Under the pieces are notes generated by a model. The model was not told the origin of the DNA. It saw nothing but the letters and a program-made list of their open reading frames with translations, and searched no databases. Both the position numbers and the translations under genes were made by a program. DNA of 63,769 bases, filler included, from Octopus bimaculoides (taxonomy: Eukaryota): the NCBI RefSeq assembly GCF_001194135.2. It is 6 parts of 6 records of this genome, joined end to end, with 100 filler letters (N's around TTAATTAATTAA, not from the genome) between each part and the next. Parts side by side here need not be neighbours in the genome. Positions count along the whole stretch, not along the records: positions 62,577 to 63,769 come from NC_069000.1; 5 more parts are not named here. One strand, written 5' to 3'. Positions 63,150-63,769 of this stretch are shown one piece after another (the stretch's first letter is position 1; each line of letters starts with the position of its first letter).

Positions 63150-63250
63150 GCGCTGCCACATATCGTATCATAAATCTATGAACCAATGAGATTGCCAGAA
63201 CTGAAAATGCGGGTGTGAACTTATTTCGCAGGTCTAATTATTGGTTAGAA
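63150..63250 (-). promoter_or_regulatory. Candidate promoter for the 62891-63034 exon
   Basis: CCAAT boxes at 63183-63187 (+) and 63240-63244 (-), GC-box-like GCGGGTGTG near 63209, and locally retained CpGs. Confidence 0.3.
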
Positions 63251-63769
63251 ATTCTCTGATAATATCGCACAATAATTACGAAAGTATTTTGATGACGTTG
63301 GCATAAACTTGTAAAATGGGACAAAGATTCCAGTTTAAAGAAGAATTATAATTTATATCCGAATGTTTTTATCTTTTTATTTGCTTTTTGTTTAAACCTG
63401 TCTACGAAGCAGTTTTCATATTCTACATAATATTTAACTTATTGCAATCCACTGTTATTCTAAGTTTCTAGGCAACAACTTCATATAAAAAAAATTTTGT
63501 GTACTGCGAATGTTTATGACAATCCCAACACACACGCACACACGCACAGACACACACATCCGAAATGCATACATATACATATACGTATATATGTATATAC
63601 ATATATATATATATGTATATACATGTATGTACATATATATATATATGTGTGTGTGAGTGTATGTGTATGTATATATATATATATATGGGTATACTCTTTT
63701 ATTCTTTTCTTTTATTCTGTTTGTACGTCTATGAAGGTATATTGCTTATATATATATATATATATATAT

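Overview
This is animal genomic DNA: very AT-rich, saturated with microsatellites, and about 10% N-gaps. The repeat landscape suggests a coleoid cephalopod (Octopus-like); that is an inference, not a database match. Almost every ORF in the supplied track is an artefact of microsatellites or Ns, and I found no complete gene, rRNA, true tRNA or CRISPR array. Supported content: (1) decayed DNA transposons, namely Tc1, maT/DD37D, mariner, pogo/Tigger and a young Merlin-like MITE with an 8-bp TSD and internal telomere-like repeats; (2) retroelement fragments, namely three R4/Dong-type RLE LINE pieces, two RTE-clade 3' ends and a Ty3/Gypsy integrase end with a probable LTR; (3) at least five SINE-like families; (4) a few candidate host-gene signals, namely a minus-strand first coding exon encoding a type II membrane anchor (62891-63034), a canonical 11-nt microexon (58725-58735), a 150-nt exon-like block behind an in-frame TGA, a TATA+Inr core promoter and a recursive-splice-like site. 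The most unusual item is a tRNA-headed SINE-like element carrying a Penelope-style minimal hammerhead-like motif, pieced together from two partial copies. Five 44N-TTAATTAATTAA-44N blocks are artificial scaffold joins, so order and orientation across them is not guaranteed.
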